DNA of 64,000 bases from an uncultured Gemmatimonadales bacterium (GTDB taxonomy: Bacteria > Gemmatimonadota > Gemmatimonadetes > Gemmatimonadales > GWC2-71-9), in NCBI GenBank assembly GCA_963739455.1, contig CAVUAK010000001.1:416001-480000 (forward strand). Direction: 5' to 3'. Within the stretch, counting starts at the first letter, position 1; each line of letters opens with the position of its first letter. A program made the position numbers and the translations under genes. A model generated the notes under the pieces. The model was not told where the DNA came from. It did no database searches and saw nothing but the letters and a program-made list of their open reading frames with translations. Positions 7,450-17,650 of this stretch are shown piece after piece.

Positions 7450-10407
7450 TCAGTGAACGGCGGCCGCGCGCTCCCGCGCATGGGCAGCGCGTGGCGCCAT
7501 TGCTGGGTCAGCATTCTTCAGTGCCTGGGCTACGCGCGCCCAGTGCGCCCGCGCGCTGTCCGCATTGCCGGCGGCCTCCCATGCACGGGCCAGTTCCTCG
7601 TGGATCTGCGTGCGGGTCGCGAAGAGGCCGCCGCCATTGCGATAGCCGTGCAGGATCGGCTGCAGCACCGCGACGGCGTCGCGCGGCTTGCCCAGGGAGA
7701 GCAGCGCGTGGCCCAGCTCGATGTCCACGGAGGTGAGCCCGAGGGTGGGCGAGAAGCGCGCGGCGTTGAAGTACTGCACGGCCGACCCGTGGTCGCCGCG
7801 GGCCTGGGCCAGCAGGCCGCGCAGGTAGTTCCCATAGGTGCGGCTCCGCACCAACCCGGAGTCGGCGGTGCGGGCCGCGATGAGGTCGGCCGTCGAGCGG
7901 AGCGCGGTGGTGTCGCCGGCCGCGCCGCGGGCGGATGCCGCGAGCGCCAGCATCGCGACCTGGAGGCGCGTCCGGTTCAGCTCGGTGTCCCGCGGGTCGG
8001 TGAGCGTCGCCGCGGTATCGAACGCCGCCGCCGCCTCCGTGTAGCGACCCATCTCCACCAAAGTCTGCCCCTTGAGCTGCAGCAGCGTCCGCTCCTCTTC
8101 GTAGTCGCGGGCGGCGCCGCGCGGCACCACCTCCCGCCCCTTCGCGACAGCCGCCAGTGCCTCGCGAAAGCGTCCCTGCGCCCGCAGGGAGATTCCGTAC
8201 GAGAACCAGAGGTCGGCGCGATTCACCGCCGTGCCCGAATCGGTGTTGGCCAGCAGGAGCGAGTCGGCCGCGGCGTAGTTCTCGACCAGGAGCAGCATGG
8301 ACCAGCGATACACGACGAGGCTCGCCCCATTCAGTCCCCGCGCCTCGGCATCCTTGATGGCCTGCTCCGCGCCGCTGGTCTTTCCCTGAAGGGCCAGGAT
8401 GGTGCTGAGCGCGGCGTACGGCGCCATCGCCGTCGGCTGTACGACGCTCCACCGCCGAAGCACCCGTTCCGACGCTGGCAGTGAATCGAGCGCGAGATAC
8501 GCGTAGGTGAGGCCGCTGTACGCGTCACAGGCTACGCACTGCCTGGCCCCGGGGCGGACGCCGAGCGAGTCCATGGCGATGACGCGCTCGAAAACGGGAA
8601 TTGCCTCGAGATAGCGCCGGTCACGCGTGAGCGCCTGCGCCCGCCAATAGTGGCCATCCACCTCGTTGGGAAAGCGAATGGACAGGGTCTCGGCCACCGC
8701 GAGGAACGAGGGATCACTCACCGCGAAGCCCCACCCCGAGCGGATGTAGAGCCGGTCGCGCGCACTCGCCCGGTCGCTGAGGGCGAGCGCGCGGCGCAGG
8801 TACGTGAAGCGATCGCCGAGGTCGGCTGATGAGACGCCGAGATAGTACGCGGCCATAGCGAAAGTCGAGTCCTCGCCCAGCGCCAGCTTGAACATCGTCG
8901 AGGCCGCGCCCATCTCGCCGCGGGAGAACGCCCGCAGGCCCGCGTCGTAGAAGCGATACGCTGCTTCCGACTGCGTGCTCACGCTGGCGAGCGTGCCCTC
9001 GGGAGACCCCGCGCCCGCGGCCGCGCTCAGGTCGCGCGTGGCACTGTCGGCCAGCGCGAAAAGGTCAGTGCCTTCCACTGCGAGGGCCGACTCCACACTG
9101 CCCGACGCCAGGCTCACCCGCCGCAAGTCGAGTCGCAGGCGACCCTCGCCCAGCTCATAGAGCGCACCATCCACCAGCTCCGTGGCGCCACTGAGCCGCG
9201 CCGCGCGAGCAATGGCGCCGGCGGTGGTGTCCCCCTCGCGCTGCAGCTGCGCAATGACCTCGTACATGCGGCTCGTGCTCACGACCTCGAAGCCATGCAC
9301 CCGGGCGAGGTTGGTGGCGAGCATGTCCCCGAGCGGGGCGGAGCGGTCACCTGTCTTCGACCGGGTGTAGTCGGCGATCCGGCCGACGGCGAGCACGGAC
9401 GGCGCACCCGGCTTGCGATCGGCGCGCGCGGGATGTCGCTGGGCGGCATAGGCGAACGCGGCGAGGGCCGACACACCCGCCACCAGCCATACAACTCGAG
9501 AGCGGAGCCAGCTGCGCTTCTCCCTGGCCACAGCGGGAGCCGCACTCCTTGCCGTGCCCGATGGCAGCGCCATCGCCGCCCAGCCCGAGGTCACCACCAT
9601 CGCATGTGCATCGCTTGGTGTGTGAGCCGGCTCCACGGGAGGGGTGACGACGGGCGTGGCCGCAGGCACCGGTGGCCCTGCCGGGACGGCGCGAAACGCC
9701 CCCCGCCGGACCTCCTCAGCGAGAGCCGCGATGCGGGGGTCGGGCGCCACGCCCAGCTCCGCCTGGTAGAACGCAGCGAAGATCTCCGACTGGCGCAGGG
9801 CAGCGGCCTCGTCACCACCCGCCACCTGTGCCCGCATCAACTGCTCCACGCTGCGCGCGTTGAGCGGATCGAGGGCCGCGAGACGCCGGCACCACGCCAC
9901 GGCGCCGGCGTGGTCCCGGCGTTCAGTGGCCCGCGCCGCCAGCGTCTCCAGCACCTCGGCGTAGTCGTGGGTAAGCGCCGCCCGCTCCTGTTCCGCCCAG
10001 CGCTCGAATTCAGGGACGCCTGGCAGGTTGAAGCCGTGCAGGAACGGGCCACCCCACAGCTCGGCCGCCGCCTCGAGCCGCCCGGCGGCCCGCGCCTCGC
10101 CGAACAGCCGCACGTCCGAATCCACGAGCGCGGGATCCATCCGCAGGTCGCGCGTGCCGCTGATCGCATCTTCGCTTCCCAGGTCGCGGCGAAGCGCGTA
10201 CAGGGCCTGGTTGAGCGTGCGCCGTCCGCGCTCCTCGTCGGCGTCGGGCCAGAGCATCGCCAGCACGTGATCCCGGCTCACGCCGCGCGATCCCGCCCGC
10301 GCCAGCAGCGCCAGGATCGCGAGCCGGCGCGGCTGCTGCGCCGCCCCACTCAGGGAACGGTCGCCGTCGTATACCCCGAGTTCGCCCAGCGTCCTGATCA
10401 GCAGCAC
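7450..10407 (-). CDS. SARP/BTAD-domain regulator with TM helix and TPR region (paralog 2)
   Basis: Collinear paralog of 3764-6709 with a highly similar N-terminus. Confidence 0.85.
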   Translation of the reverse strand: MLLIRTLGELGVYDGDRSLSGAAQQPRRLAILALLARAGSRGVSRDHVLAMLWPDADEERGRRTLNQALYALRRDLGSEDAISGTRDLRMDPALVDSDVRLFGEARAAGRLEAAAELWGGPFLHGFNLPGVPEFERWAEQERAALTHDYAEVLETLAARATERRDHAGAVAWCRRLAALDPLNARSVEQLMRAQVAGGDEAAALRQSEIFAAFYQAELGVAPDPRIAALAEEVRRGAFRAVPAGPPVPAATPVVTPPVEPAHTPSDAHAMVVTSGWAAMALPSGTARSAAPAVAREKRSWLRSRVVWLVAGVSALAAFAYAAQRHPARADRKPGAPSVLAVGRIADYTRSKTGDRSAPLGDMLATNLARVHGFEVVSTSRMYEVIAQLQREGDTTAGAIARAARLSGATELVDGALYELGEGRLRLDLRRVSLASGSVESALAVEGTDLFALADSATRDLSAAAGAGSPEGTLASVSTQSEAAYRFYDAGLRAFSRGEMGAASTMFKLALGEDSTFAMAAYYLGVSSADLGDRFTYLRRALALSDRASARDRLYIRSGWGFAVSDPSFLAVAETLSIRFPNEVDGHYWRAQALTRDRRYLEAIPVFERVIAMDSLGVRPGARQCVACDAYSGLTYAYLALDSLPASERVLRRWSVVQPTAMAPYAALSTILALQGKTSGAEQAIKDAEARGLNGASLVVYRWSMLLLVENYAAADSLLLANTDSGTAVNRADLWFSYGISLRAQGRFREALAAVAKGREVVPRGAARDYEEERTLLQLKGQTLVEMGRYTEAAAAFDTAATLTDPRDTELNRTRLQVAMLALAASARGAAGDTTALRSTADLIAARTADSGLVRSRTYGNYLRGLLAQARGDHGSAVQYFNAARFSPTLGLTSVDIELGHALLSLGKPRDAVAVLQPILHGYRNGGGLFATRTQIHEELARAWEAAGNADSARAHWARVAQALKNADPAMAPRAAHARERAAAVH

Positions 10408-10430
10408 GATTTCAGTGTCTCCAGCCTGCT

Positions 10431-11774
10431 ATGCTTCCGCTCATGACAATCTCCGGGATTCTCGGGCGACTCGGTCTCGACCGGCCAGACCTTCGCGCCT
10501 GGGCGATGTACGACTGGGCCATCTCCGGGTTCCAGACGATCGTGATGACGGCAGTGTTCCCGATTTTCTTCGCGCGAGTTCCGGCGGGGCTTCTTTCGCC
10601 ACCGGAAGCTACCGCACGTTACGCCGACCTCAACACCCTGTACCTGGCGGTGGTGGCCCTGCTCTCCCCCGTCCTGGGGGCGGTTGCCGACTACCTGGGC
10701 ATCGCCCGGAAGCTCCTGTTCTGGTTCATGATGCTCGGCGTGGCGGCTACCGCGGGCTTTGCCCTCATCGGGCCCGGCGACCTGCAGCTGGCCTCGGTGC
10801 TGTTCGTGCTTGCCATGATCGGCGCCACCACGAGCTTCGTGTTCTACGAATCCCTGCTGCCCCGCCTGGCCGCGCCCTCCGAGGTCGACCGGGTCTCCAG
10901 CGCAGGCTACGCACTCGGCTATATCGGTGGCGGAATCCTGCTCGCCGCCTGCCTCGTGGCCATCCAGTTCCCCCAGGCGGTGGGTCTCGGCGCCGGCGGC
11001 CGCGGGCTCGCCACGCGCCTCACCTTCGTGGCAACCGCCGCGTGGTGGCTCATCTTCTCCATTCCGCTCTTTCGGCGCGTTCCCGAATTGCCGCGGCTCA
11101 TCGAGAAGGATGAGTCACTGCGCGAGAACCCGGTGCGCGCCGCCTTCGTGCGCCTCGGGGAGACCTTCCGCTCGCTCCGGGAGTTTCGCCAGGCCTTCCT
11201 GCTGCTCGCCGCGTTCCTCATCTACAACGACGGCATCCAGACCATCATCAAGATGGCCACCGCCTATGGCGCCGAGATCGGCATTCCCGACAGTGCCATG
11301 ATGCTCGCCATCCTCATCGTGCAGTTCGTGGGAGTGCCCTGCGCCTTCCTCTTCGGCGCCCTGGCCGGTCGCATCGGCGCCAAGCCCGCGATCCTCCTCG
11401 GCCTCGCCGTTTACACGCTGATCAGTATCGTGGGCTATCACATGCGCACCGCCGGCCAGTTTTTCGTGCTGGCGGCGATGGTCGGCCTGGTGCAGGGAGG
11501 CACCCAGGCGCTGAGCCGGTCTCTCTTCGCTTCCATGACCCCGGCGCACAAGTCCGCCGAGTTCTTTGGCTTCTACAGTGTCTTCGAGAAGTTCGCCGGC
11601 ATCTTCGGGCCCCTCTTCTTCGCGATCTCGATCCGGATGACCGGCTCCAGCCGCAACGCCATCCTGTCGGTCATCGCCTTCTTCGTGGTAGGCGGGTTCA
11701 TGCTGCTCTTCGTGAAGGTGGACGAGGGCCGGCGCGCCGCCCGTGAGGCAGAGGCACTGGTCACCACCTTGTGA
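10431..11774 (+). CDS. MFS transporter, UMF1/Atg22-like
   Basis: AWAMYDWA, GYALGYIGG, QALSRSLFASM and EFFGFY motifs; about 12 TM segments. Confidence 0.88.
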   Translation: MLPLMTISGILGRLGLDRPDLRAWAMYDWAISGFQTIVMTAVFPIFFARVPAGLLSPPEATARYADLNTLYLAVVALLSPVLGAVADYLGIARKLLFWFMMLGVAATAGFALIGPGDLQLASVLFVLAMIGATTSFVFYESLLPRLAAPSEVDRVSSAGYALGYIGGGILLAACLVAIQFPQAVGLGAGGRGLATRLTFVATAAWWLIFSIPLFRRVPELPRLIEKDESLRENPVRAAFVRLGETFRSLREFRQAFLLLAAFLIYNDGIQTIIKMATAYGAEIGIPDSAMMLAILIVQFVGVPCAFLFGALAGRIGAKPAILLGLAVYTLISIVGYHMRTAGQFFVLAAMVGLVQGGTQALSRSLFASMTPAHKSAEFFGFYSVFEKFAGIFGPLFFAISIRMTGSSRNAILSVIAFFVVGGFMLLFVKVDEGRRAAREAEALVTTL

Positions 11775-11803
11775 CGATGCGCGCCGACCCGGCATTCTTG
11801 TGC

Positions 11804-12807
11804 ATGGATGTCCTCGAACTCACTCGCGCACTCGTGCGCATCGACTCGACCACCGGCCGGGAAGGCCCCGTGGCCGAGCTTCTCGCCACGCCTGCTGGAG
11901 CAGCGTGGCTGGACGGTGGTGCGCCAGCCGGTGCTCGATGGCCGGTTCAATGTCTACGCCCGCCTGGGCCAGCCGGTGGTGGTGTTCTCCACCCACCTCG
12001 ACACCGTGCCGCCCTTCATCGACCTGCGGGAGGACGACACCTGGCTCCACGGCCGGGGCACCTGCGACGCGAAGGGGCTCGCTGCCGCGATGATCGCCGC
12101 CGCCGAGCGGCTTCGCGCGTCCGGGGAGGAGCGGATCGGGCTGCTCTTCGTGGTGGGCGAGGAGAATGGGTCCGAGGGTGCCGCGGCAGCCGCGACCCTC
12201 GAGCCGCGCGGGCGCTTCCTGATCAACGGTGAGCCGACCGAGAACCAGCTCACGATTGGGCAGAAGGGCGTCCTTCGCGCCGACCTCGTCGCCACCGGTC
12301 GCGCCGCGCACTCGGCCTATCCCGCCGAGGGCGAGTCAGCCATCGTGCCGCTGCTGGAGACCCTGCAGCGCGTGCAGCGCATCACCCTCCCGTCCCATCC
12401 GGTGCTCGGCGACATGACGCTCAACATCGGCACCATCGAGGGTGGCAGGGCACCCAACGTCATTCCCGATCATGCGAGAGCGAAGCTCCTGTTCCGCACG
12501 GTGCTTCCGCATGACGACCTGAAGCGCGCGCTCGAGGCATGCCTCGCACCCCGCGTGACCGTTGACGTATCCGCTGGAGATTCCCAGCGTCGTGTCAACG
12601 GCGCCGAAAGGATGGCAGACGACTGTGGTGAGCTTTGCCAGTGACCTCCCCTTCCTCGCCGCCTGGGGTGAGGGCTACCAGCTCGGGCCGGGCACGATTC
12701 GCGTCGCGCACACCGAGGACGAGCGGATCAGCAAGGCCGACCTCGAGCAGGGCATCGCGCTCTACGAGAAGCTGGCCCGCGACCTCCTGGCCCGGGGGGC
12801 GGCATGA
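11804..12807 (+). CDS. M20 ArgE/DapE-family deacylase; frameshifted at about 11885 and 12565
   Basis: THLDTVP, GRGTCDAKG, GEE, GEPT and AHTEDE motifs spread over three frames. Confidence 0.8.
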
Positions 12808-13865
12808 CAACGCGCAGTTCCCGTCGCCGTCCTCGGCGCCACCGGAACGGTCGGGCAGAAGTTCGTCCGCCTCCTGGCCGACCATCCCTGGTTCGAGCTC
12901 GTGGCCGTCGCCGCGTCCGGGCAGAGTGCCGGCCGGACCTACGGCGAGGTCGTGCGCTGGCGCGAGACCACCCCGCTGCCCCACCGCATCGCCGACATGG
13001 TGGTGCAGCGGAGTGCCCCGCCCCTCGATGCGCGCGTCGTCTTCTCGGCGCTCGACGCCGAGGTGGCGGGCGACATCGAGCAGGCGTTCGCGCGGGCCGG
13101 CGCCATCGTGGTCACCAACACGCGGGTCCACCGCATGGATCCAGACGTGCCGCTCGTGGTGCCGGAGGTGAACGCGCAGCACGTCGGCCTCATCGACATC
13201 CAGCGGAAGGAGCGCGGGTGGAGCGGCGCGATCCTCGCCAACCCCAACTGCTCCACCGCGGCGCTCGTGGTGGCGCTCGCCCCGCTGCACGCCGCGTTCG
13301 GCATCGAGAAGGTCTTCGTGGCCACCATGCAGGCGGCGTCCGGCGCGGGATACCCCGGCGTGGCGTCGCTCGACATCATGGCAAACGTGATCCCGTTCAT
13401 TGGCGGCGAGGAAGAGAAGATGGAGCGGGAGACGCTCAAGATCCTCGGGACACTCGGCGGCGGCAGCGTCTCCCCGGCCTCGATCACGCTGTCGGCGCAC
13501 TGCAATCGCGTTCCCGTCATCGATGGCCACCTGGAGGTGGTCTCGGTCGGCTTCCGCAATGCGCCCACAGTGGAGGCGGCGACGCGAGGCATTCAGCCGC
13601 TTCGCCGGATCCGACATTGTCCGCTCGCTGCCGAGCTCGCCCACCCCCGTCATCGAGGTTGAGCAACGGCCCGACCGGCCCCAGCCCCGGCTCGACATCG
13701 AGCGCGGCGGCGGCATGGCAGTCACCGTGGGCCGCGTGCGCCCCTGTTCCCTGCTCGACCTGCGCTTCGTGGTGCTCGGCCACAACACCATTCGCGGCGC
13801 CGCCGGCGCCGCGGTGCAGATCGCCGAGTTGCTCAAGGCCGAGGGCCGCTCGTGCCGTCGCATGA
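12804..13865 (+). CDS. asd: Aspartate-semialdehyde dehydrogenase; frameshifted at about 12816, 13595 and probably 13850
   Basis: VAVLGATGTVGQ, NPNCST, MQAASGAGYPG and HNTIRGAAG motifs. Confidence 0.9.
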   Translation: MTTRSSRRRPRRHRNGRAEVRPPPGRPSLVRARGRRRVRAECRPDLRRGRALARDHPAAPPHRRHGGAAECPAPRCARRLLGARRRGGGRHRAGVRAGRRHRGHQHAGPPHGSRRAARGAGGERAARRPHRHPAEGARVERRDPRQPQLLHRGARGGARPAARRVRHREGLRGHHAGGVRRGIPRRGVARHHGKRDPVHWRRGREDGAGDAQDPRDTRRRQRLPGLDHAVGALQSRSRHRWPPGGGLGRLPQCAHSGGGDARHSAASPDPTLSARCRARPPPSSRLSNGPTGPSPGSTSSAAAAWQSPWAACAPVPCSTCASWCSATTPFAAPPAPRCRSPSCSRPRAARAVA

Positions 13866-15214
13866 TCGTCTGCAAGTTCGGCGGCACCTCGGTGCAGGAT
13901 GCGCCAGCGATCCTTCGCCTGGCGACGATCGTCGCCGCGAGGCAGCATGAGCGCCCCGTCGTCGTGGTGTCCGCGCTGGCCCGTGTCACCGACAGCCTCG
14001 TCTCGCTCGCCGACAGCGTGCGCCAGGGTCACGCGGCGGCGCTCGAGGCCACGCTGGAGACGCTGCAGGATCGGCATCGCGCTGTTGCCGGGACGCTGAA
14101 GGGCGGCGAGTCGGCACTACCGGCGCTCGATGCCGGGTTCGCGGAACTCCGTCGCGTGCTCCGGCCTGCCATTGGGCGGGTACTGACGCCCGCTGAGCGC
14201 GACTTCCTGCTGGGCCAGGGCGAGCTCTGGAGTTCGCGGCTGGTCGAGGCGGCGCTGCGGCAGGTCGGCATCCCGGTCGAGTGGGTGGACGCCCGCCAGG
14301 TCATCATCACCGACGACCGGCATGGTCGCGCCACCCCGCTGCTCGACGCGATCCGTGCGGCGGCGCAGCGCATTGTCGCTCCCCTCCTGGCAGATGGCCG
14401 CGTTCCGCTCACGCAGGGATTCATCGGTGCCACCGCCGAGGGGCGCCCCACCGTTCTCGGACGCGGCGGATCCGACTTCACCGCGTCGCTGCTCGGCGCC
14501 GCGCTCGATGCGCTTCGGGTCGAGATCTGGACCGACGTGAACGGCCTCATGACCGCCGACCCGCGGATCGTCCCTGAAGCGCGGACCCTGGCCTCGGCCA
14601 CCTATGACGAAGCGGCCGAGCTGGCGACCTTCGGCGCCAAGGTGCTGCATCCGGCCACCCAGCTGCCGCTGGCCGCCGCCGGCATTCCGATCGTGATCCT
14701 CAACGCCCAGCACCCCGACAATCCCGGCACCATCATCGGGCTCACGCGCGCCTCGGCACTCCGTGCCGACGGACCGATCGGGTCGATCTCCTGGAAGCCG
14801 GGCACCATCCTGGTCAACGTGCGGGCCCCCAGGATGCTCGGCGCGTACGGATTCCTGCGGCAGCTGTTCGAGGTCTTCGAGCGCCATGACGTGCCGGTGG
14901 ACGTGCTCGCCAGCAGCGAAGTGAGCGTGTCGCTCACCGTCGAGGATGCGAGCCGCATCAACGCCCTGGTGCGCGACCTCGCACCGCTCGGGGAGGTCAC
15001 GGTCAGTGAGGGCCGGGCCATCGTCGCGGTGGTGGGTCACGGCATGCTGTCGTCACCCGGGCTGGCCGCCCGAGTGTTCGCCGCAGTGCAGCCGGCCAAC
15101 ATCGAGGTCATCTCGCAGGGCGCGTCGGCCACCAACCTGACCTTCGTGGTCAAGGAAGCTGATGGCCCTGCGATCGTGCAGCGTCTTCACCGCGAATTCT
15201 TCGGGAGCAACTGA
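13862..15214 (+). CDS. lysC: Aspartate kinase
   Basis: MIVCKFGGTSV, LGRGGSDFTA and FGAKVLHP motifs; two ACT domains. Confidence 0.93.
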   Translation: MIVCKFGGTSVQDAPAILRLATIVAARQHERPVVVVSALARVTDSLVSLADSVRQGHAAALEATLETLQDRHRAVAGTLKGGESALPALDAGFAELRRVLRPAIGRVLTPAERDFLLGQGELWSSRLVEAALRQVGIPVEWVDARQVIITDDRHGRATPLLDAIRAAAQRIVAPLLADGRVPLTQGFIGATAEGRPTVLGRGGSDFTASLLGAALDALRVEIWTDVNGLMTADPRIVPEARTLASATYDEAAELATFGAKVLHPATQLPLAAAGIPIVILNAQHPDNPGTIIGLTRASALRADGPIGSISWKPGTILVNVRAPRMLGAYGFLRQLFEVFERHDVPVDVLASSEVSVSLTVEDASRINALVRDLAPLGEVTVSEGRAIVAVVGHGMLSSPGLAARVFAAVQPANIEVISQGASATNLTFVVKEADGPAIVQRLHREFFGSN

Positions 15215-15910
15215 GTGCGAGCGGTCGTGATCGGTACGGGCCGGATGGGACGTTCGGTGCAGGCGGCACTCGATGCGCGCGGGCACTCCATCGCCGCGAT
15301 GGTAGGCAGCCACGAGAATGCAGGCGGCGCAGCGCTGGTACCGGCGCGACTCACGGGGGTCGACGTCGCCCTCGAGTTCACCACGGCCGGTACCGCGCCG
15401 GCCAACGTCGCGCGCCTCCTCGCCGCCGGCATCCCGGTGGTGTGCGGCACCACTGGCTGGGACGACCAGGTGCCGTCGCTCGAGGCCCTGGCCCGGGCGC
15501 GCATGGGCGCACTGCTCATTGCCGCCAATTTCTCGATCGGCGTGCATGTCATGCTGCACGCCGCTCGCACCATGGCGGCCGCCTTCAAGGACCGTCCGGA
15601 GTTCGAGGGGCTCATCATCGACACGCACCACCGGCTCAAGCGTGACGCGCCCTCCGGGACCGGGCTCGCTGTCCAGCGGGCGGCACGGGAGGCCGGTGGT
15701 CGCGATGTCCCCGTCACGTCGATCCGCGCTGGCGCCGTTCCCGGCACGCACGAGCTCCGCTACGAGGGACCGTTCGAGAGTCTCTCGCTCGAGCATGTCG
15801 CGCGCGACCGCAGCGTGTTCGGCACCGGCGCCGTGCTGGCGGCGGAATGGCTCGTGGGACGCACCGGCGTCTTCACGTTCGAGGATGTGCTCTTCGGGAA
15901 GCGCGCATGA
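15215..15910 (+). CDS. dapB: 4-hydroxy-tetrahydrodipicolinate reductase
   Basis: GTGRMG, GTTGW, ANFSIG and HHRLKRDAPSGT motifs. Confidence 0.92.
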   Translation: MRAVVIGTGRMGRSVQAALDARGHSIAAMVGSHENAGGAALVPARLTGVDVALEFTTAGTAPANVARLLAAGIPVVCGTTGWDDQVPSLEALARARMGALLIAANFSIGVHVMLHAARTMAAAFKDRPEFEGLIIDTHHRLKRDAPSGTGLAVQRAAREAGGRDVPVTSIRAGAVPGTHELRYEGPFESLSLEHVARDRSVFGTGAVLAAEWLVGRTGVFTFEDVLFGKRA

Positions 15911-16797
15911 CAGTCCTCGGCGGTTGTGGCACCGCCATCGTGACACCCTTCACCGACGATGGTGCCGTGGACTGGCCGGCGTTGCGCGCGCTCGTGGAGT
16001 GGCAGGTGGCCGAGGGGATCGACTTCATCGCGGCGTGCGGCACCACCGGCGAGGCACAGACCCTCACCGACGACGAGCGCGCGAGGGTCGTCTCCGCCAC
16101 GCGGCAGGCCGTCGCGGGCCGCGTGCCGGTCATGGCGGGCGCCACCAGCAACGACACCCGGCGCGCCGTGGAAGAGGTCCGTCGCATGTGCGACGCCGGC
16201 GCCGACGTCATCCTCACGGCGTCGCCGTACTACAACCGCCCCACCCAGGACGGCCTGCGCCGCCACTTCGAGACGGTGGCCGACGCGAGCGCGCGACCGG
16301 TGGTGCTCTACAACGTGCCCGGGCGGGCCGGCGTCAACCTGCTTCCTGCCACCGCGGTCGCCATCGCGGCACACCCCAACGTCATCGGGATCAAGGAAGC
16401 CGCGGGTGACATGCACCAGGCTCTCGAGCTGTTGCGGCTCCGCCCTGCCGGCTTCCTCGTGTTCTCCGGCGACGACTGGATGGCGCTGCCACTCTGTGCC
16501 TGCGGCGGTGATGGGCTCATTTCGGTCGCATCAAACGAACTGCCACGGGAGCTCACCGAACTGGTGCGCCTCGCGCGCACCGGCGACCTCGCCGCCGCCC
16601 GCGCGCTCCTCTGGAAGCTGCAGCCGCTTCTCGATGCCAACTTCATCGAGTCCAATCCCATCCCGGTGAAGGCGGCGCTCGCCGCCATGGGCCGTGTCCG
16701 CAACGTGCTCCGCCTTCCGCTCGTTCCGGCACAGCCCGCAACTGCGGCACGCCTGCGCCAGGAGTTGACGCGTCTCAACGTGAGGCTTGATCCATGA
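15907..16797 (+). CDS. dapA: 4-hydroxy-tetrahydrodipicolinate synthase
   Basis: GTTGE, PYYNRP, YNVPGR, GIKEA and ESNPIPVK motifs. Confidence 0.95.
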   Translation: MTVLGGCGTAIVTPFTDDGAVDWPALRALVEWQVAEGIDFIAACGTTGEAQTLTDDERARVVSATRQAVAGRVPVMAGATSNDTRRAVEEVRRMCDAGADVILTASPYYNRPTQDGLRRHFETVADASARPVVLYNVPGRAGVNLLPATAVAIAAHPNVIGIKEAAGDMHQALELLRLRPAGFLVFSGDDWMALPLCACGGDGLISVASNELPRELTELVRLARTGDLAAARALLWKLQPLLDANFIESNPIPVKAALAAMGRVRNVLRLPLVPAQPATAARLRQELTRLNVRLDP

Positions 16798-17645
16798 CCG
16801 GCACGGCTGCGAAGGACCTCAAGTCGCGCATCGAGCGGTATGTCGGCGCCGTGCCCACGGGCGAGGAGCGCGCCGCGCGCGAGGCGATTGACGCGCTGCG
16901 CGATGCGCTCGCTACCGGCAGCGTGCGCGCGGCCCAGCGGAACGCCGACGGTGTCTGGCACGCCAACAGCTGGGTCAAGGCGGGCATCCTCCTCGGCTTT
17001 CGCCTGGGCGCGGTGGTGCCGGTGGCGGAGGGTGGCCCGTTCACCTTCTTCGACAAGGACACCTGGCCCGTCCGGAAGCTGCGCATCACCGATGGCATCC
17101 GCATGGTGCCGGGTGGCTCGGCGATCCGCGACGGCGCATACGTGGCGCGCAGCGTCGTCTGCATGCCACCGATGTACATCAACGTCGGCGCGTACGTCGA
17201 TGAGGGCACGATGGTGGACAGCCACGCACTGGTCGGGTCGTGCGCCCAGATCGGCAAGCGGGTGCACCTGTCGGCGGCGGCACAGATCGGCGGCGTGCTC
17301 GAACCGGCCAACGCACTTCCGGTGATCATCGAGGACGATGCGATGATCGGCGGCAACTGCGGAGTCTATGAGGGAACAATCGTCCGCGAGCGCGCGGTGC
17401 TGGCACCCGGCGTCATCCTCACCGGCTCGACGCCGGTGTACGACCTGGTGCATGGGCGCATCTACCGGCGCGAAGGCGAACGCCCGCTGGAGATTCCGGC
17501 GGGCGCCGTGGTGGTGCCTGGTTCACGCCCGGTCCGCACCGGACCGGGTGCCGCGGCCGGAGTGCACCTCTACGCCCCGGTGATCGTGAAGTACCGGGAT
17601 GAGCGCACCGATGCCGCAGTGAGGATCGAGGAACTGCTGCGGTAG
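16794..17645 (+). CDS. dapD: Tetrahydrodipicolinate N-succinyltransferase
   Basis: WVKAGILLGFR, FFDKD, VGSCAQIG and IGGVLEP motifs. Confidence 0.95.
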   Translation: MTGTAAKDLKSRIERYVGAVPTGEERAAREAIDALRDALATGSVRAAQRNADGVWHANSWVKAGILLGFRLGAVVPVAEGGPFTFFDKDTWPVRKLRITDGIRMVPGGSAIRDGAYVARSVVCMPPMYINVGAYVDEGTMVDSHALVGSCAQIGKRVHLSAAAQIGGVLEPANALPVIIEDDAMIGGNCGVYEGTIVRERAVLAPGVILTGSTPVYDLVHGRIYRREGERPLEIPAGAVVVPGSRPVRTGPGAAAGVHLYAPVIVKYRDERTDAAVRIEELLR

Positions 17646-17650
17646 TGCGC

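Noticed and set aside
13400..15214. Apparent Asd-aspartokinase fusion (604-aa ORF)
   Set aside because: lysC has a canonical MIVCKFGG start in an ATGA overlap, and asd is frameshifted elsewhere, so this is most likely an indel artefact
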